Assembly (NCBI RefSeq): GCF_009914755.1 | Contig: NC_060928.1 | Reading direction: 5' to 3' (one strand) | Origin: the human T2T-CHM13v2.0 reference genome, Homo sapiens | DNA length: 64,000 bases | Part shown: piece after piece, positions 1 through 23,699 of the stretch | How the letters are laid out: every line of letters starts with the position of its first letter | How positions within the stretch are numbered: the first letter of the stretch is position 1 | Notes under the pieces: generated by a model | Told to the model about the DNA's origin: nothing | Seen by the model: the letters and a program-made list of their open reading frames with translations, nothing else | The model's database searches: none | Position numbers and translations under genes: made by a program

Positions 1-4472
<4,472 letters not shown>

Positions 4473-4479
4473 GTCCTTG

Positions 4480-5253
<774 letters not shown>

Positions 5254-5509
5254 ATTACCCTAGAGATGTCAGTATGGATTATTAACTTACTACACTTCAC
5301 TCTGATTAAGATGTACTACTTCCAGAATAAGGCATCCCCAACAATTTACTACCTTTCTGGTTATGTCTGTTACTACTCCACCTTATGAAAACCACACTCT
5401 TGCCATACCAAACCCTAGTTGCGATTCCTAATCTCCCTGTATGCACTCATCTCTCAGTATCATGTCTGTGACACTTGTTTTCTGCCTGCCTACCTGTTGC
5501 CTTTAAAAA

Positions 5510-5810
5510 AATAAATTGTATTGTGTATATTTAAGGCTCACAATATAATGTTATGGGATACACATAGATTGTAAAATTATTACTATAGTGAAGCAGATTA
5601 ACATATGTATTATCTCAGTTACTTTTGTTTGTGTGACAACAGCAGATAAAATCTACTTATTTAACAAAACTCCCTAATACAATACCATTTTATTACCTTA
5701 ATCCTTATGTACATTAGAGCTCTAAGCTTGTTTATCTTACATATATGCTGTTTTATATCTTTTGACTTACATCTCCCCATTTCCAAACCGCCCTCACTCC
5801 CCTGCCCCTG
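5510..5810 (-). mobile_element. L1MA8/9-like 3' end fragment
   Basis: aaattgtattgtgtatatttaagg...tactatagtgaagcagattaacata resembles an antisense L1MA 3'UTR. Confidence 0.6.
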
Positions 5811-8033
5811 CCCAAGAATGAAACAGTAGTTACTGTCTGTTTATGGGTCCCATCTCATTGTGATAAATCCTTTGTCTGCCTCATAATACAAAGTGCATTA
5901 ATTCATTTCTCCATTCATTTCAGAGGGGAACAAATCACTTTGCTAATGATTTCTCACCCAAAGACATAAAGACACATTCCCAGCTCTCAATGCTCCTAGA
6001 TTATTAAAATATGTTTTAAATCACAATATTCTGGGTTTTTTTCTCTCAAACTTGATATCAGAGTTAATAACTGTGGTGTTCATATTTCATCCCCAGACCT
6101 TGTCACAGAGTAGGTGCTTAATATGTGCTTTTGAATAAGTACATGAATAACTTTCTTCATTTCCCCTGAGTAATAAGCCCAAATTCTTAGCACCTCATTT
6201 TCATATGGCACTCATAAAATATGTGTGGCGTACCTGTTATGTGGCAGTCACTCTTGTTGCTGCTGGAGACATTACGATGAAGATCAAAAAGTTCCTGCTT
6301 CTGCGGAGCATACATCCCAATGGGAACATTAGTCGGTTAATAGGTGAAAACATAAGTGTAGAATAGTAAGTAGTATATGGGAAAAAAAAAAAAGCAAATT
6401 TGGGAAATAGGTCCTGATGTCCTGGGTATGCTGGTTTAATTGTGTTAATTATGAAAACTCTCTCCAAAAAATCATATTTGAGCAGAGGTCTGGCTATAAA
6501 AATTCTTGAGTGTTTCAGCTGCTTATTGCTCAAAATTCCTCAGAAGAAGTGTAAAAACACTGATTTATGTTTCTCTTGTATTCTAGTTACTTGTAAGAAA
6601 TACTTAAAATACTTTAAAGTGTCACTAGCAGGGTTTTTTTTCCCCCGGACATAAACCTACTTTATCTCTCAGTATTCCATCTTATGAGATCTCTATTTAG
6701 ATAGACTTATTATGTTCCAAACAGGATTTTCAAAAGTCTTGTCTGTACAAATTCATTCACCCCCATTTCTTCTTATGTAAAGTCTCCCTAGCCCCGTACT
6801 TAATACAAAAACTATTTTAATTCTCTACTCTTCTTCCAATGTGAGCTGAAATCTCACTTTTTCTAGTTGCAGTTTCCAGGTTATACAAAGTTCATTAGTT
6901 TTCCACAATTTTGAAACTCTTCTAGGTCTTATTGTTTAGTTCATTCAATTCCACAAATATGTTACCATATCACAATTGCTGGTTTATAAGTTTTCCCTAT
7001 ATCTTTTCAATTATAGAATATTTCTAGCTGTTTGGATAGGGGTTATACTATCCATATTTTCAGTTTCCCTACCCAGTGGTGCATATAGTAGACAATCAAT
7101 AAACATATCAAAAATTGGTAGGTGTGCCAATGTACAAGACTGCCATACTAAATAAAATGTCATTTAGCCAGGGGGAAAAATGCCAGGTAGACAATGAGAA
7201 AATTAACATAAATTACATGTTAAGTATCTACTATCTGCCTTAAGTATACATAGTATCAAAGACATATTTGTAAGACAGCAATTTTTCTGCTTAATACTTA
7301 TACATTTAAATATAATATTTAATTTGTATATTTTGATTATTTAAAACATCTCACATACCTTTCATACTAATTTGAACATAGCAGATGGTACACTAATTCT
7401 CATATTTAAAGAAAGATGCTGTATTGATTTTACATTTGATAATAGTAAATTATATTATAAATTTTAGTGTTGAAATAGATGTAGCAATAGAGAAATAATC
7501 ACTGTTAAAACCTCTGAGTATTATCATAAATATTCAAACATACAATTTTTTTTTTGTTTAGAGTCTTCTGCTTTATTTTGTTTTGTTGTTTGCAAAAGCA
7601 ATGTAAGACTGTATGAGACAATATAAACCTTGAGGCTCTACCTATTAGAACTTAAGATGAGTTGATAGAATTTGCAGTAAAAACTGCTGGCTTTGTGTAT
7701 AAAAACATACCATTTTAAATCCTATTCTCACAACTGCAAAGAAGGAATGTCTAGTATGCCATAATTGGTGACTCACCAGTTTTGTTTTATACCTTTAGAG
7801 AATCATTCATTCATTTAAAAAGCTTTATCTCATGAGATTCATCACTCTGAACACCAAATTGATGTGCAAATAAAATAAATTTCCCTTTAATTGACAGATG
7901 TTCTAATGAATGTGTAGCTTTAAATTTTTATTTTGTAGTCTTAGAAGTGACGGAATCTAAAGGCTCAGCACCAAAAATATGCGTACAAACATTTTTTAAA
8001 AGAAGCTTTGGGTGGATGTATACATTTTACTTA

Positions 8034-10612
<2,579 letters not shown>

Positions 10613-11599
10613 GGCATAAAATTTTCTTTTTAAATAGGATGTATGGAATGACATAGATCTAGTTAAAACCAGAGACTATATAAGTCCAAGAGACCTTACA
10701 GCAAATTTTGTCATTAATGGAAGAAAGATTTATGTCGTTTAAACATTTCCGCACGTTATATGGCTAATTTCTAACTATGGAAGTGCTAGTGAACATTAGT
10801 CTCTCTTTTATTTACTTACATGTAACTTAGGTAGCAGAATGTTTATTTCAAGGTGTAACTGTGATGGGTTAAAAATTTATATGAAGTAATTTAACACAAT
10901 ACTTTGTATATCATGGATACTCAATAACTAGCTGTTATATACATGAAATTTCTCACTGATTTGTTTTCCATTTACGTTGAAAAGTAATAAATGACATTTT
11001 CTCCTAAGAAATCAAACAGGGAAGCAAAGAAGATGAAATTTGTTTTTTTGTTTTTATTTTTGGTTTTTTGGGGCCAAATGTCATTTAAAGATTTTTGTTT
11101 CTTTTCCTTTGATTGGAGAGGTTTCCAGTCTGCTTTTTGAGAATATAATTTCTTATCAATCCCCAGCCGTATGATCTTGGCTGTCAGGGCTATTGAATTT
11201 AAGGGCAGTAGTAGTAAGAAACTAAGAAAAGAAAGATACTTTTTTTTTGAGGAATCACTGATATGGAAACCAAATTTTCTAACAAAATCTTGAATTCTAG
11301 TAATACAAAATGAATAACATGTTTGTAAATCAAGGTTACTAAAGTGAAAAATATAAAAATCTCTAAAGATTTTTAAAAAGTGTTTTTTAAAATCATATTA
11401 ATGAATAAAGACCTTGTTTTAAAGGGTACTAGAAATATTATTTCTTAAATGATGAGTTATAGATGCATATTATTAGACACTCAAGCACATACACACACAA
11501 ATACATATTAATTACTCAGCTTAATTCTGTAATACTTAACAGCAATTGTATTAAAGTCAATACCAGAGTAAATGCCTGTTAATAATTATTTATTGTTAA

Positions 11600-13390
11600 C
11601 TATATAATTAGATAAGAAATCATGAGTTATGAAGAAAGAGGAGGCAAAAATATTATTATTTGAAGTAAACATTGTGTATCTGTAAAACACTAGTTTTTAA
11701 AAATTATTTAAAAATAGTTGTTTGGTAGCTGAATAAGAAGTATAAAAATAAATAACTTTAGTGTGTGCTATTTAGAAAAATGTAATGAAGGAAAGGATAC
11801 TACAAACAATACAATGAAGGTAAAACACATCTACAAAAATTTACCAAAAATTGCATAGGACTAAAAGAATGAAAATTGTATAAAACGCCACTGAGGTCCA
11901 AAAGCAGAACACTTGAAAAATAGCTGATATATATAAAAATATCAATTATATAAGGATGAACCTGAAAATCTAATGTAATCTAAAAAACAAAATCCAGAAA
12001 GGCCAGTTTATTAAACCGTTCATACAGAAAAATAAACATGTTATCAGTTGGAAAAAGAATACAGTAAGAAATGGCTTTGCATATATTAAAAGGGGTTACT
12101 AATGATGTTTCCAATGCAAGCATTGGCATAGCAGTGAATGCCATGATAATGTTTAAATATGCATGAGCAAGTGTACAAAATTTTGTACATAGCATTTTAA
12201 AGCAGGGAAGAAAAAAGCAAATTACTCGATAATTTTTTTTTTTTTTAATATGACAGGGTCTTGTTCTGTCACCCATGCTGGAATGCAGTGGCCCAATCTT
12301 GGCTTACTGCAACCTCTGCCTTCTGGGTTCAAGCGATTTTCATTCCTCAGCCTCCCCAGTAGCTGAGATTGCAGGTGTGTGCCACCACGCCTGCCTAATT
12401 TTTGTATTTTTAGTAGAGACGGCATTTCGCCAGGTTGGCCAGGCTGGTCTCAAACTCCTGGCCTCAGGTGATCAGCCTGCCTTGGCCTCCCAAAGTGCTG
12501 GGATTATAGACCTGAGCCACTATGACCAGCCTCAATAAATAGTATTTCTATAACTGCCTGAACATTTGCTTTGAAAAAAATAAAAATTATATTTATCGCA
12601 CTTCTCACACCAAAACATATTCCAGATGTTTCAAAAATTTTGATAGATAAAATAAAAACAGAATGGTAGTAAAACTGTGAGTTTTTAAATAGATACTAAA
12701 AGTGATACTAGACTAGGGAAGGCCTTCTTTGTAAATATATAAAATATAAAACGAGAAATTATAAAAGAAAAAAGTAAAATCATCTGGATGGAAAAATTAA
12801 TCTGATTTAATAAAATAAAATATTTGCAACATATGTAATTAACAAAAATATAATAAATATAGTATGTAAAAAACAAAAACTGTTTTTAAAAATGCTTGAA
12901 CAATCATTTCACAATGAAGGAAATACAAATGATAAAGATATAAGAAATTATTAATTCATAGTAATCAAGAAATGTCAAATTAAAATATGAGGAATATATA
13001 TTTTACTGATGAAGCTGAAAATTTACAGTGTGTCTCAGGATGTGTCAAAACTGTTATATGTACTTTAAAGATATCTCAGTTATTCCATTTCTGGGGATTT
13101 ATGCTTCCCCTTCAAAAATGCATAACTGTGAAAAGCAAAGATGTTCATTGTAATGGAAAAATTAGAAATAATAGTATATTTTCAGTGGAATGGTGTAAAT
13201 TGGAATACAATCAAATAACATCAACTATTGGAAGTAAATAAAAAGTATACAATTATTCTGGAAAAATCAAGTTACAAATCAGTGTGTGTATTAAAATCTG
13301 CATACAAGTATTAATAAACATACACTAAAAATCTTGGCAGTGGTTCTCTCTGCAATGTGAGATTACACTTTCTACTTCTGTGTGGTTTGC
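11600..13390 (+). mobile_element. Highly diverged L1ME-like fragments, interrupted by an Alu
   Basis: A-rich sequence with degenerate L1 ORF2/3' motifs (cacttctcacaccaaaacatattccagatg; gtaatcaagaaatgtcaaattaaaa). Boundaries approximate. Confidence 0.5.
12233..12531 (-). mobile_element. Alu (old S/J) element
   Basis: Poly-T followed by a full dimeric antisense Alu; short TSD tc(g/a)ataa. Confidence 0.95.
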
Positions 13391-13574
13391 TTTTTATATT
13401 GAGTATATTTCATTTACTTAAAGGCAATTAAAATAATATAATAAAATCTTAGTACTAGCTCCTTCTGCAGAGCACAGCAATAGGCGATGATACACATTCC
13501 AGTCTTCCTATCTGTTCTAGAAGATAAAATGGCTTTTATAGAGATGATAATCTCATTTTGTTTTCTCCTGCTAG

Positions 13575-13713
13575 GGAAAGGTGAACATGGGAAACCTTAC
13601 CCCCTTACTGAAGAGGACCATGATGACTCAGCTTACAGGGAAAATGGTTTTAATATTTTCGTCAGCAACAATATTGCTCTAGAGAGGTCTCTGCCAGATA
13701 TTCGTCATGCTAA
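13575..13713 (+). CDS. GALNTL6: Internal coding exon (probably exon 4) of polypeptide N-acetylgalactosaminyltransferase-like 6
   Basis: Acceptor ttgttttctcctgctag| and donor AA|gtgagt; 139 nt, phase 1 to 2. Encodes (G)[45 protein letters not shown](N), with the GalNAc-T FN..S..I.L.RSLPD.R motif. Confidence 0.95.
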
Positions 13714-15048
13714 GTGAGTATCAGCATATCAGTGATCAGGGTGGGTTTTTTTGTTTTTTTTTGTCCTTTGATTTTTTTTTAAATGTGTATCACTGCGAGA
13801 TATGTAACCAAATATTTTATCCTAATAATTTTGATAAAAACTCATATTGCATCATCTTAAATATACTTGACCTAAATTGGAGTAACCATTAAAATTTTAA
13901 AACAATACTGAATTTCTAAAAATCCAATACACATTTTTGTTGACTGTGTTAACTCATTAACATGAAATATTTTAAGGCAATATCCATACTTTTAACTTTT
14001 GATCATGTAAATTACAAAGCAAATGTTTTTTGCTGGTTATTAGAGCTACCAGAACTGTCTACATGTGCATGTCTTCTATGAACTTCATTCTCACCCCAGA
14101 CAGATTTAGTGCCATGGTTGTTGCATTTTCATAAAGAATACCCTAAATGAATGCATCCATAATCCAAAAGTGATAAGTAGTGATTGCTGGTTCAATTTCT
14201 TGTCACTTTATGAACTGCTTGTGGCTTGTCTGTTGACAGTGAGTTGAGTTTCTATTGAACTGTAACTGCATATTATAGTTGAAATGATACTACTATATAT
14301 ACTTACCCCAAATCCATCTTTTCTCTATCCACCCCCATCTACATCTAACATCACTTATTGTACTTTTCATTTTAATGTGTTATTGTTTTCCTAATAGCAT
14401 AAACACCACCAAAGGATACTAACTGAGAACATGGAATGTGATAAGAATTTGTAATGTAGTGTTGGCACATGTATCTGATAAATCTATCTAACTGTACTAA
14501 TATAGCTATCCTTTCACCCACAACAACCCAAAAACTTCCCTATGGAAACCCTGGTGTGAGAGAGAGAAAATCAAGGAAAAAAAATCAGGGCAACTAATTA
14601 AAATAAGAATCAGAAATCTAAATTAAACCAGTAATTTAAAGCGAATAAAACTCCTTAACTTTGTGCAAAGATAATTGACCCTTTAGAAAAAAATATCAGT
14701 ACATTATGGTTTGAAGGACTATTTTCTAGTTGCCATTTTGTATCTTTAGAAATTTATTTAAAATTATGAAATAATTACTGTTTTTCTCCTCATGTTTTAT
14801 ATGAAGTTGCATTTCCCAATATAGCTAAACAGAGGACTAATGTGAAGAACAATCTTTTTTTCCTAAATTGAGTGCTTTATATATTGACCCAGGCCTTTTA
14901 ACCAGCCAAATTATCCCCACGTTACCTGAAATTATCTACAGTAATTCTCACTGACCAAGAACATTTCTAGTTACGAGAAATTTTAATACCTAATTGCACA
15001 TCATCAAAGATGCATTAAGTTGCATTGTTGGCATAATAAATATGCTAA

Positions 15049-15382
<334 letters not shown>

Positions 15383-16561
15383 CCCACCCCAACACTTCTA
15401 ATCTCAATCTCTTAATGTGTATTCAAGTGGAAATAATGACAAGTTTAGAAACAGTGCAGAAAATCACTGAAGTCAAAAGAAGACAGTTATTCCCATTCTT
15501 CTCAAAAACTATTTTTAGTGTGAACACCATCTTTTAAGAAAAGATCTTATGTAATAATGGGAAAAAAATGGAAAGATGTAAAAAAAATTCTGAAATTTTT
15601 ATTAGGGTTACTCAATTTACAATATGAAGAAAGCATTATTATAAATGTTACGGAAGAAAAATATGGCCAAAATATAATCTGGGATAATATTCCAACTTAG
15701 TTACTAAGGCTGGATATTTAATAGGACAAGTGGTCATGTAGTAAGAAAAAAAGAAAAAATACGAAAACAAACAACAACAGCAACAAAAACCTTGAGAGGG
15801 TTTGAGATGGATAAAAAGAAAGTGTTAAGTATACTACCAGGAATAAGGTTCACCTTGGTGAGGTCAGTATTTGACTCTTAGCAATGCTGGAAGAGAAGCC
15901 TGATGTCACCTCTGATTTTGCCATGCTCCACCTGCAGGAAACGGAGAGCCAAATAATGTCTTACAGGCTCCCACTGTTTAAAGTACTATGCTTTTGACTT
16001 CATCTGTGCTTCACCAAAGGCAGGGCAGGTACATTTAACCACAAGAGTATGCAGCTCTGTGTAAGTGATCTTTGAAATTATAAGATCAACTTGTGACATA
16101 TTTCAGTATTATCTATTTAACTAGGCTGAAAGTGATGGACCATAGCTTTTTTATATTGACACAATCTATAGAATAGAATGCAAACTTTGTGTGACTTTTA
16201 AAATAAAACATCACTTCTAAGAAACTTTTCCTTTTCAGTAAGCCAATTGAAACTAGTCTCAGAGTGCTAGGAGGGAAGAGTTTATTTTTCTTTATTCTAG
16301 GATTTTGCAATGGAAGATATGGGGACTCCTATCTTGAGATTTAACTGAACTTGATCTTATTCTAAAGCATACTAGCCGGACTTATGCCATGTGATAAACT
16401 ATTGGTCACTCCCTGTATATTTAAGTGCTCTGTACTCTTTCATATTCTCACATTTAGTTAAAAAAAATCATGGTTTTATATGTTTTGATATGTAGTGCAC
16501 ATTCTAGTACACAATGAAGAATATTTAAGACAATGTATTTCAGAAATCCTAATGCGTAGGC

Positions 16562-16874
<313 letters not shown>

Positions 16875-17221
16875 TAGGGATTTTTTAAAGAAATTTTCTG
16901 ATTCATTTCTTCACTAGTATAAAAATAAACTGCTTTTTTTGGCTTTATTATTTCAGAATCAGCATAGATTTCCTTAAGTAGGAGCCATAGACGAAGGACA
17001 GTATATTGGCATGTGTGCAATAATTTGATCAGTCTTACTTTTATCCAAAAAATAAATTTCAAGCTTTTCACTTTTGTTTTTAATTTTTAAAATAGTTTTT
17101 CCAAATGCTCTTAACATCTCTCTATCTTACAAATTGTTTCAGCTTCTTACACTATCTGTGCTTTGGTATGTCAAATTTTTAATCTTTTTTTATATTCTCC
17201 TAGCCCTACACTTTGGGTTGA

Positions 17222-17605
<384 letters not shown>

Positions 17606-18420
17606 TAGTGCCTGTGATCAGCCTGAATCTCTCCTTAGAACATCTTATCTTTATATTTTATTTAATGCAATGTTGAAAAGAATTTTACAATGAGCACTTC
17701 TGTATGACAAATGTCCAGTCAATGGATATCTCGGTGGCCTGGTTTTATTTTGCCACACTTTAAGGTTTTCTCCACTTGTGTATTGATTTTGCCATGTCTT
17801 TGTATTTAGTCATCTACCTGAGATGTCACATATATTCTTAGCATGCTATGGAACACCTTATTTAACTTATAGTTCAGGATGGGAGACATAAGACATCTAT
17901 TTGAAATATACATATAAAATAGGGAAATAGAAAACTATGTAAAAATGGCCTATATAGAAAAGAAGCTCTGATAAATTTGTGCATGAATATGTTGTTGCTA
18001 AGATAAAATTGAAGAATTTTTAAGCAAGTATTATTCCCTGCATATGGAAGAATTAATCAAAAGTTATCACAAATACCCCGTAAACATGATATAATTAGTG
18101 TAATTAATGTGGGTAAGAAAAATTCATATCTATGAAAAAAGGAATAATTGAGATAAAGAGCTAGAAGAACCATTCTAATAGGAGAGTTGAGGTAGGCTTC
18201 ACAGCAGTTTTGGGTAAATGCATCTTTGATATGAGTTTCATTTTTTTGGCCGTTATAAAAGTATATGTGTTTATACAGATAAATATTTATGCACCTACAT
18301 GTTACCTGAGATAGACTTCTAAGGTGGCTGAGTAGCTGGGATATTTTAAAATTAATATAGTCTCACTTTGTATTGTGACTTTTTATCATTTCTTTTTTAT
18401 ATCACTAATATTACCCAGGT

Positions 18421-18537
18421 AGAAATAGTTTTAGCTTCATGACTTTGACAATAAATGGAGTATGAGGTATCACAGAGTGTTCTCTCAACACTCAATATTC
18501 CATTGCTTGTCAAAGCCATGAAGCTAAAACTATTTCT
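18421..18537. repeat. Near-perfect inverted repeat (31-bp arms, 30/31 identical)
   Basis: agaaatagttttagcttcatgactttgacaa (18421-18451) versus ttgtcaaagccatgaagctaaaactatttct (18507-18537). Confidence 0.95.
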
Positions 18538-20381
18538 GTCTAAGAGAATCTTTACAACCTTTTGGATTATATGATTGTTTTCAGTAGGGTTGCAGTTATA
18601 CCAGACTAATGTAGTCCTGTTTCCTGTAGTTTCAGAACCATTTGAGAGATAGCCCCAGAAACGATTTGCTATGAAAACATTCGCTTTATTATTGTTGCAA
18701 TTCTATTGGTGAGCATGGTTTAGATGCAGGCCAAGTATTATACTCAAGACTGAAGTCCAGAATGAGGCACATTCAGTCTTCAAGTCACAGACATTGCTGG
18801 ATAGCATAATCAAAATTGTCAAACTTAAGTCATGGATGGCAGAATAAGATGACTGATCTCCGCAGGCAAGCAGGTTCCAAAGCAGAAAAAAATGAAGAAG
18901 GAGCTGGCCAACTACAGTAAGCTTTGTAACCCAAACCCACGAATCTCTTTCTCCGGGAAAGAAACTCTGAAAAGGTGGAGAAAGGCCAGGTGCGTTTGTC
19001 TAATGACTGTCCTGCCACATGGGAACATCTGTAGAGAAAAGAAGTCTCCTCCTGTGATAAGTAGTACATACTTACAAGTACTTACATGAAGTACTTACAA
19101 AGTCAGCACTATATGCTATTTCTTGATATATACAGACTTTTGAGCAAACTCTTGATTTTTCAGTGCCTTATATTCTAAATACTCCTGCCTTCCTGGAAGT
19201 ATATTGAATAATGATTCTAAATATATTGACTTGCATGACTTGCATTGTGATGCTGAACAAGTCCAATTGCGTTTTGAATGTTTATGTGCCCATTTCCGTA
19301 AGCGGGGATGCAAGTTTCTTCAGCTTCCTCACCATGTATGAAGATTATTAAAATTGGGGCAAGGTTTACCAAATCAGCGATCGCGTGATCTATTCAGTTA
19401 TTTCTTTGTCTTCTGATAATGATCTTGTTGATTCCCTTTTTTATTTTCCAGTTATATCATGGAGATGTAAAATATAAGGAGACCTAGTGTATTCTAATTT
19501 CACAATTTTAATTGTAAATACTTAATTAGATTTTTATTAGAAAGAATAGTTATGTATTCAATTTCTTTCAGATAAGATTTTGTAAATATACTATAAATAG
19601 TTTTTATTTTATTTTTATGCATAGTAGAAAAATGTGATCCGTTTTGACTCTTGTCTTTGTAATCCTAGAACTCATTGGCAAACATATTTGAGTTTAACCG
19701 TCCAAAAATTTGCAAGGATAATTTTTTATATTTCTCAATTTCAAAAGCCACATAAAAAGTGAATAGCACTAGTTGATTGCCTTTTCCATTTTTATTATGA
19801 TATCCTTGTGAACTTGATTAAGTACCTTCATTCAACAAGTTTACAAGTGAATTCAGAAGCAAAATAAACTAAAATGACTGTTCATGCACTCCAATTAGGT
19901 GTGAATGTTGCCACAGAGACAGAGATGGGAAATGTATCCTTTAAATCAAACACTATTCTAGCCTAGGGCACATCTAAATATTACTTAAAAAATAAAGCAA
20001 TTAAATGATAAGCAGGAGATTGAAAGAAGGAATAGCTAGAATCAGGTAGAAGCCATCTCTCAAAACTGTTATTTAAGTGAGTACCCTTCAATATTTTTTG
20101 AAAACCAATTGTATGCACAGTAATACAGACATTAGTACATAAGTTCTCAGGGTCATTACAGAAAGTCATAATGAAATAACAACAACAAAAAATTTAGATA
20201 TACCTCTCATTCTTGACTAAAGCCTGAAAAAGACAGAAGGTGTTTATCACTGTAACTAAGAGGTATGTCCCTAGTGAAACAAAAATCTTCCTTGGAGAGA
20301 TAACAGTTTAAGACTTGTCAGACATTAACCTTTTGGAGTGACTGACAGACCATGAGGCTGGGTCTTTGAAAGGCTGAATGA

Positions 20382-20802
<421 letters not shown>

Positions 20803-22879
20803 CTATGGCTGCTTCAAAATCATGTGTGTTGAATATCAAAGAACAGCCTCTGTAATCTTATGATAAGGATCAAATAAATAAAACTGAAAGCGTAGGTTTG
20901 AGCAATAGATTCATAATTTTGACCTTTAAAGAAAAAAATCTGAAAATTTGATGTAATCATATACGTTGCTCTGTAAGGTTTATCTAGCAACTGTATTTCT
21001 AAATTTTCCCCTTCCTCGTTTTACTCCTACCCACAGAAGTTTACTGAAATGACAGACAGTGATTTAAGATTTTAGGTTGTATATAATAAAGAATGAGTCT
21101 GTAAGAAAATTCTGCCATTTTAAAGAGAATGCTGGAGCTTCCTTTCCAAATCAGCAAGCCATGTAATCTTAAACTATTGTTAAAGTAATCACTAGCACTT
21201 AGATTGTGATGCCAAACAGTGGCATTAATAAATGTGATTGCAGCCAAAGGATAATCTGTAAATCTAATGCTCATTCAAATTAAAAAATTAAAGTAGATAT
21301 ATCACGTATTCTCTTGAACTTAATAATTAAACAGAATTGGTTGAACCATCAATGTGCATGTTACCACACTACAGAAGAAGTCATTTAAAATTTTAATAAA
21401 TTTATCTCATTTATAAAGATTCTTGATTTGAATATTTTAAATGTACACCTAAAAACTATTAATTTTATTCTCAAGTATTCACAGATAATTGTACTTGATT
21501 TTACAGAAGAAAAACTGTCTCTATAAATTTTATTTTAAATCATTATCTTAAAACATACTTTATCAAGATTAGAAATCCTGGTAAGTATTTTTCAATAACA
21601 AATGTGCTCTTACCTGAAGCACATTTTTAGTTGTCTGACAATTATTTATTAAGCATGTGAGTGACAGGCACTTAGATGAGTTTATAAATAAGTCATCCAA
21701 AGGTTGGATGTCAGCATAAGGTACTCCCCTGACTTGATCCCTGGTGAAGTTGGTGAAAATTATTTCTTTAAAAATATCTAAGTCTCTGGAAATGGTCCTA
21801 AAGGCAAATAGAAAGGGAAGAAACATCTATTCAAGGCAATTTATGAAAATTTGGTAAGAAAGGAATTTGTGGTATCTGAAAGAAGATCACTCTATCCTTC
21901 TCTCCCAACTCAGCAAGTCAGACACTACTTCAGACAGATGCAACCAAGAACACAGGGCTTTCTATTGGCCTCACTCCGAATCCAAGAGCCGTTTACCTAG
22001 GAGGAGCAGGACTTCAATATCTCTCATCCTGCTCCTTGTTTCCTGTTACTAAGAGAAAGTCTTGGGTAATCATAGTACAGAGGTGGCATCTCTTCTTCCT
22101 CTTAGCCACCACACATGAAACAGAGGCTCTACGTGGGGTATAGCATGCTGAGAATACTTCAGGCCCTTATTGTACTTTGCCCAGTTTGTGATGTGGTGAT
22201 TTCACGTGAGTGATGCAAGCAGAGAGGTTCTCAGGCTACTGGTCCCCTCTTCCTGAGTGCTTAGCTTCTAGAGCAGGGTGTCTTTCCAGGAATGTTGGCC
22301 TTGTCCCCACCCTTATCTCCAGAGCTTTGCTTCAGAGATTTTGCCTGAGAGAGAAGCAAGGCACAAAACATATAGCACCAAATATCTTCCCAAAGAAACT
22401 GACTTCTTTGCAACGTTGCATAGAGAAGTTCAAACCTAAGGTCACGCTGAAAAAGAGATTGTGGTGAAAAGTAATTGTACGGTGGTGGTTTGTATATTTA
22501 GGAAGATACAGCCTAGACTGTAGGCCAGCCATTTTGCAGGAGAGAAAAAAAGAATGAGAAACTTGGGAGGATCCCTCCTGGTGTCAGAACAAATATCACA
22601 GAGAGACTTCAAAAACTAACCCTTCAAATGAGCCACAATTTGAACAGGTTAGTGTGTAGAACAGTTTATATCCCAGGGCACTGTTAAAAACAAGAAAGCA
22701 ATCAACCAGCAATTAGTGGTGTTTAACAGCAGGATATGGTCAGGAAAGAGAGGAAGAAACCCCTACGAATACCACTGTCATCTCAGGCTGAATGTGGGCA
22801 ACCCAAAGCCACAGCCCCCTGAGGAGCAACGCTGGAGACTTAACCATGTAATGAAAAGAAATGGACTTCAAACAAAATA

Positions 22880-23224
22880 CGGTGGTTTTCTTTTATCTGT
22901 GATTTCACTTTTGGAGGCTTTATTTACCTGTGGTCAATCATAGTCAAAAAATAAGTGAGGACAGTACAATAAAATATTTGGAGAGAGAGTGAGACCATAT
23001 TAACATAATTTTTGATACAGTATATTGTTATAATTGTTTGATTTTATTATTGTTGTTAATCTCTTACTCTGCCAGATTTATAAATTAAACTTTATCATAG
23101 GTGTGTATGTGCTGGAAAATAATAATAAATATAGAGTTAGGTACTATCTGCAGTTTTAGGCATCTACTAGGGGTCGTGGAACATATCCCCCATGGATGTG
23201 GGGGTTGGGGGTTGGGGACTACTC
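22880..23224 (+). mobile_element. MER44A/Tigger7-like TcMar DNA-transposon fossil
   Basis: ~345 bp flanked by TA; ends ggaacatatcccccatggat...ggactactc; internal cagtacaataaaatatttggagagagag. Confidence 0.75.
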
Positions 23225-23699
23225 TAATCAGGCCAGTTACTAAAAAAATAAACAAGCAAATAACAATAACAAGTCCAAGTGGGAGGCAGAATAATCAGTA
23301 CTTAGAGTTGCTAAAATATATCATCTGAAACATCCTGTTTCCAACAAAAACTTATAAGCCATGCAAAGAAACAGTAAAGTGTGACCCCTCAGAATAATAA
23401 AAAGGCAGGTAATACAAACTGTCTGTGAGAGAAATCAGAGATTAAATATAACAGAAAAAGACTTCAAACTAGCCATCATCAATACATCTACTGAACTAAA
23501 GGAAACATAATGAAAGAAACAAAGAAAGGTATTAAGATAATGTTTCATTAAATAGAGGACATCAATAAAGAGAGAAATTAGAAAACAACAAAAAAGACCA
23601 TATAAAACTTCTAGAGTTGAAAGCTGCAATAGCTAAAATAAAAAGTTCTTTTGAGTGGCTTAAGAGAAGACTGCAACTGATAGAAGGAAGAAATATCAA

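Noticed and set aside
13714-13717. Read-through ends of the ORF track (…RHAK* here; …GKIQLITFY… at 50648-50697) as coding
   Set aside because: Similarity to GalNAc-transferases stops exactly at consensus splice donors, so these tails are intronic.
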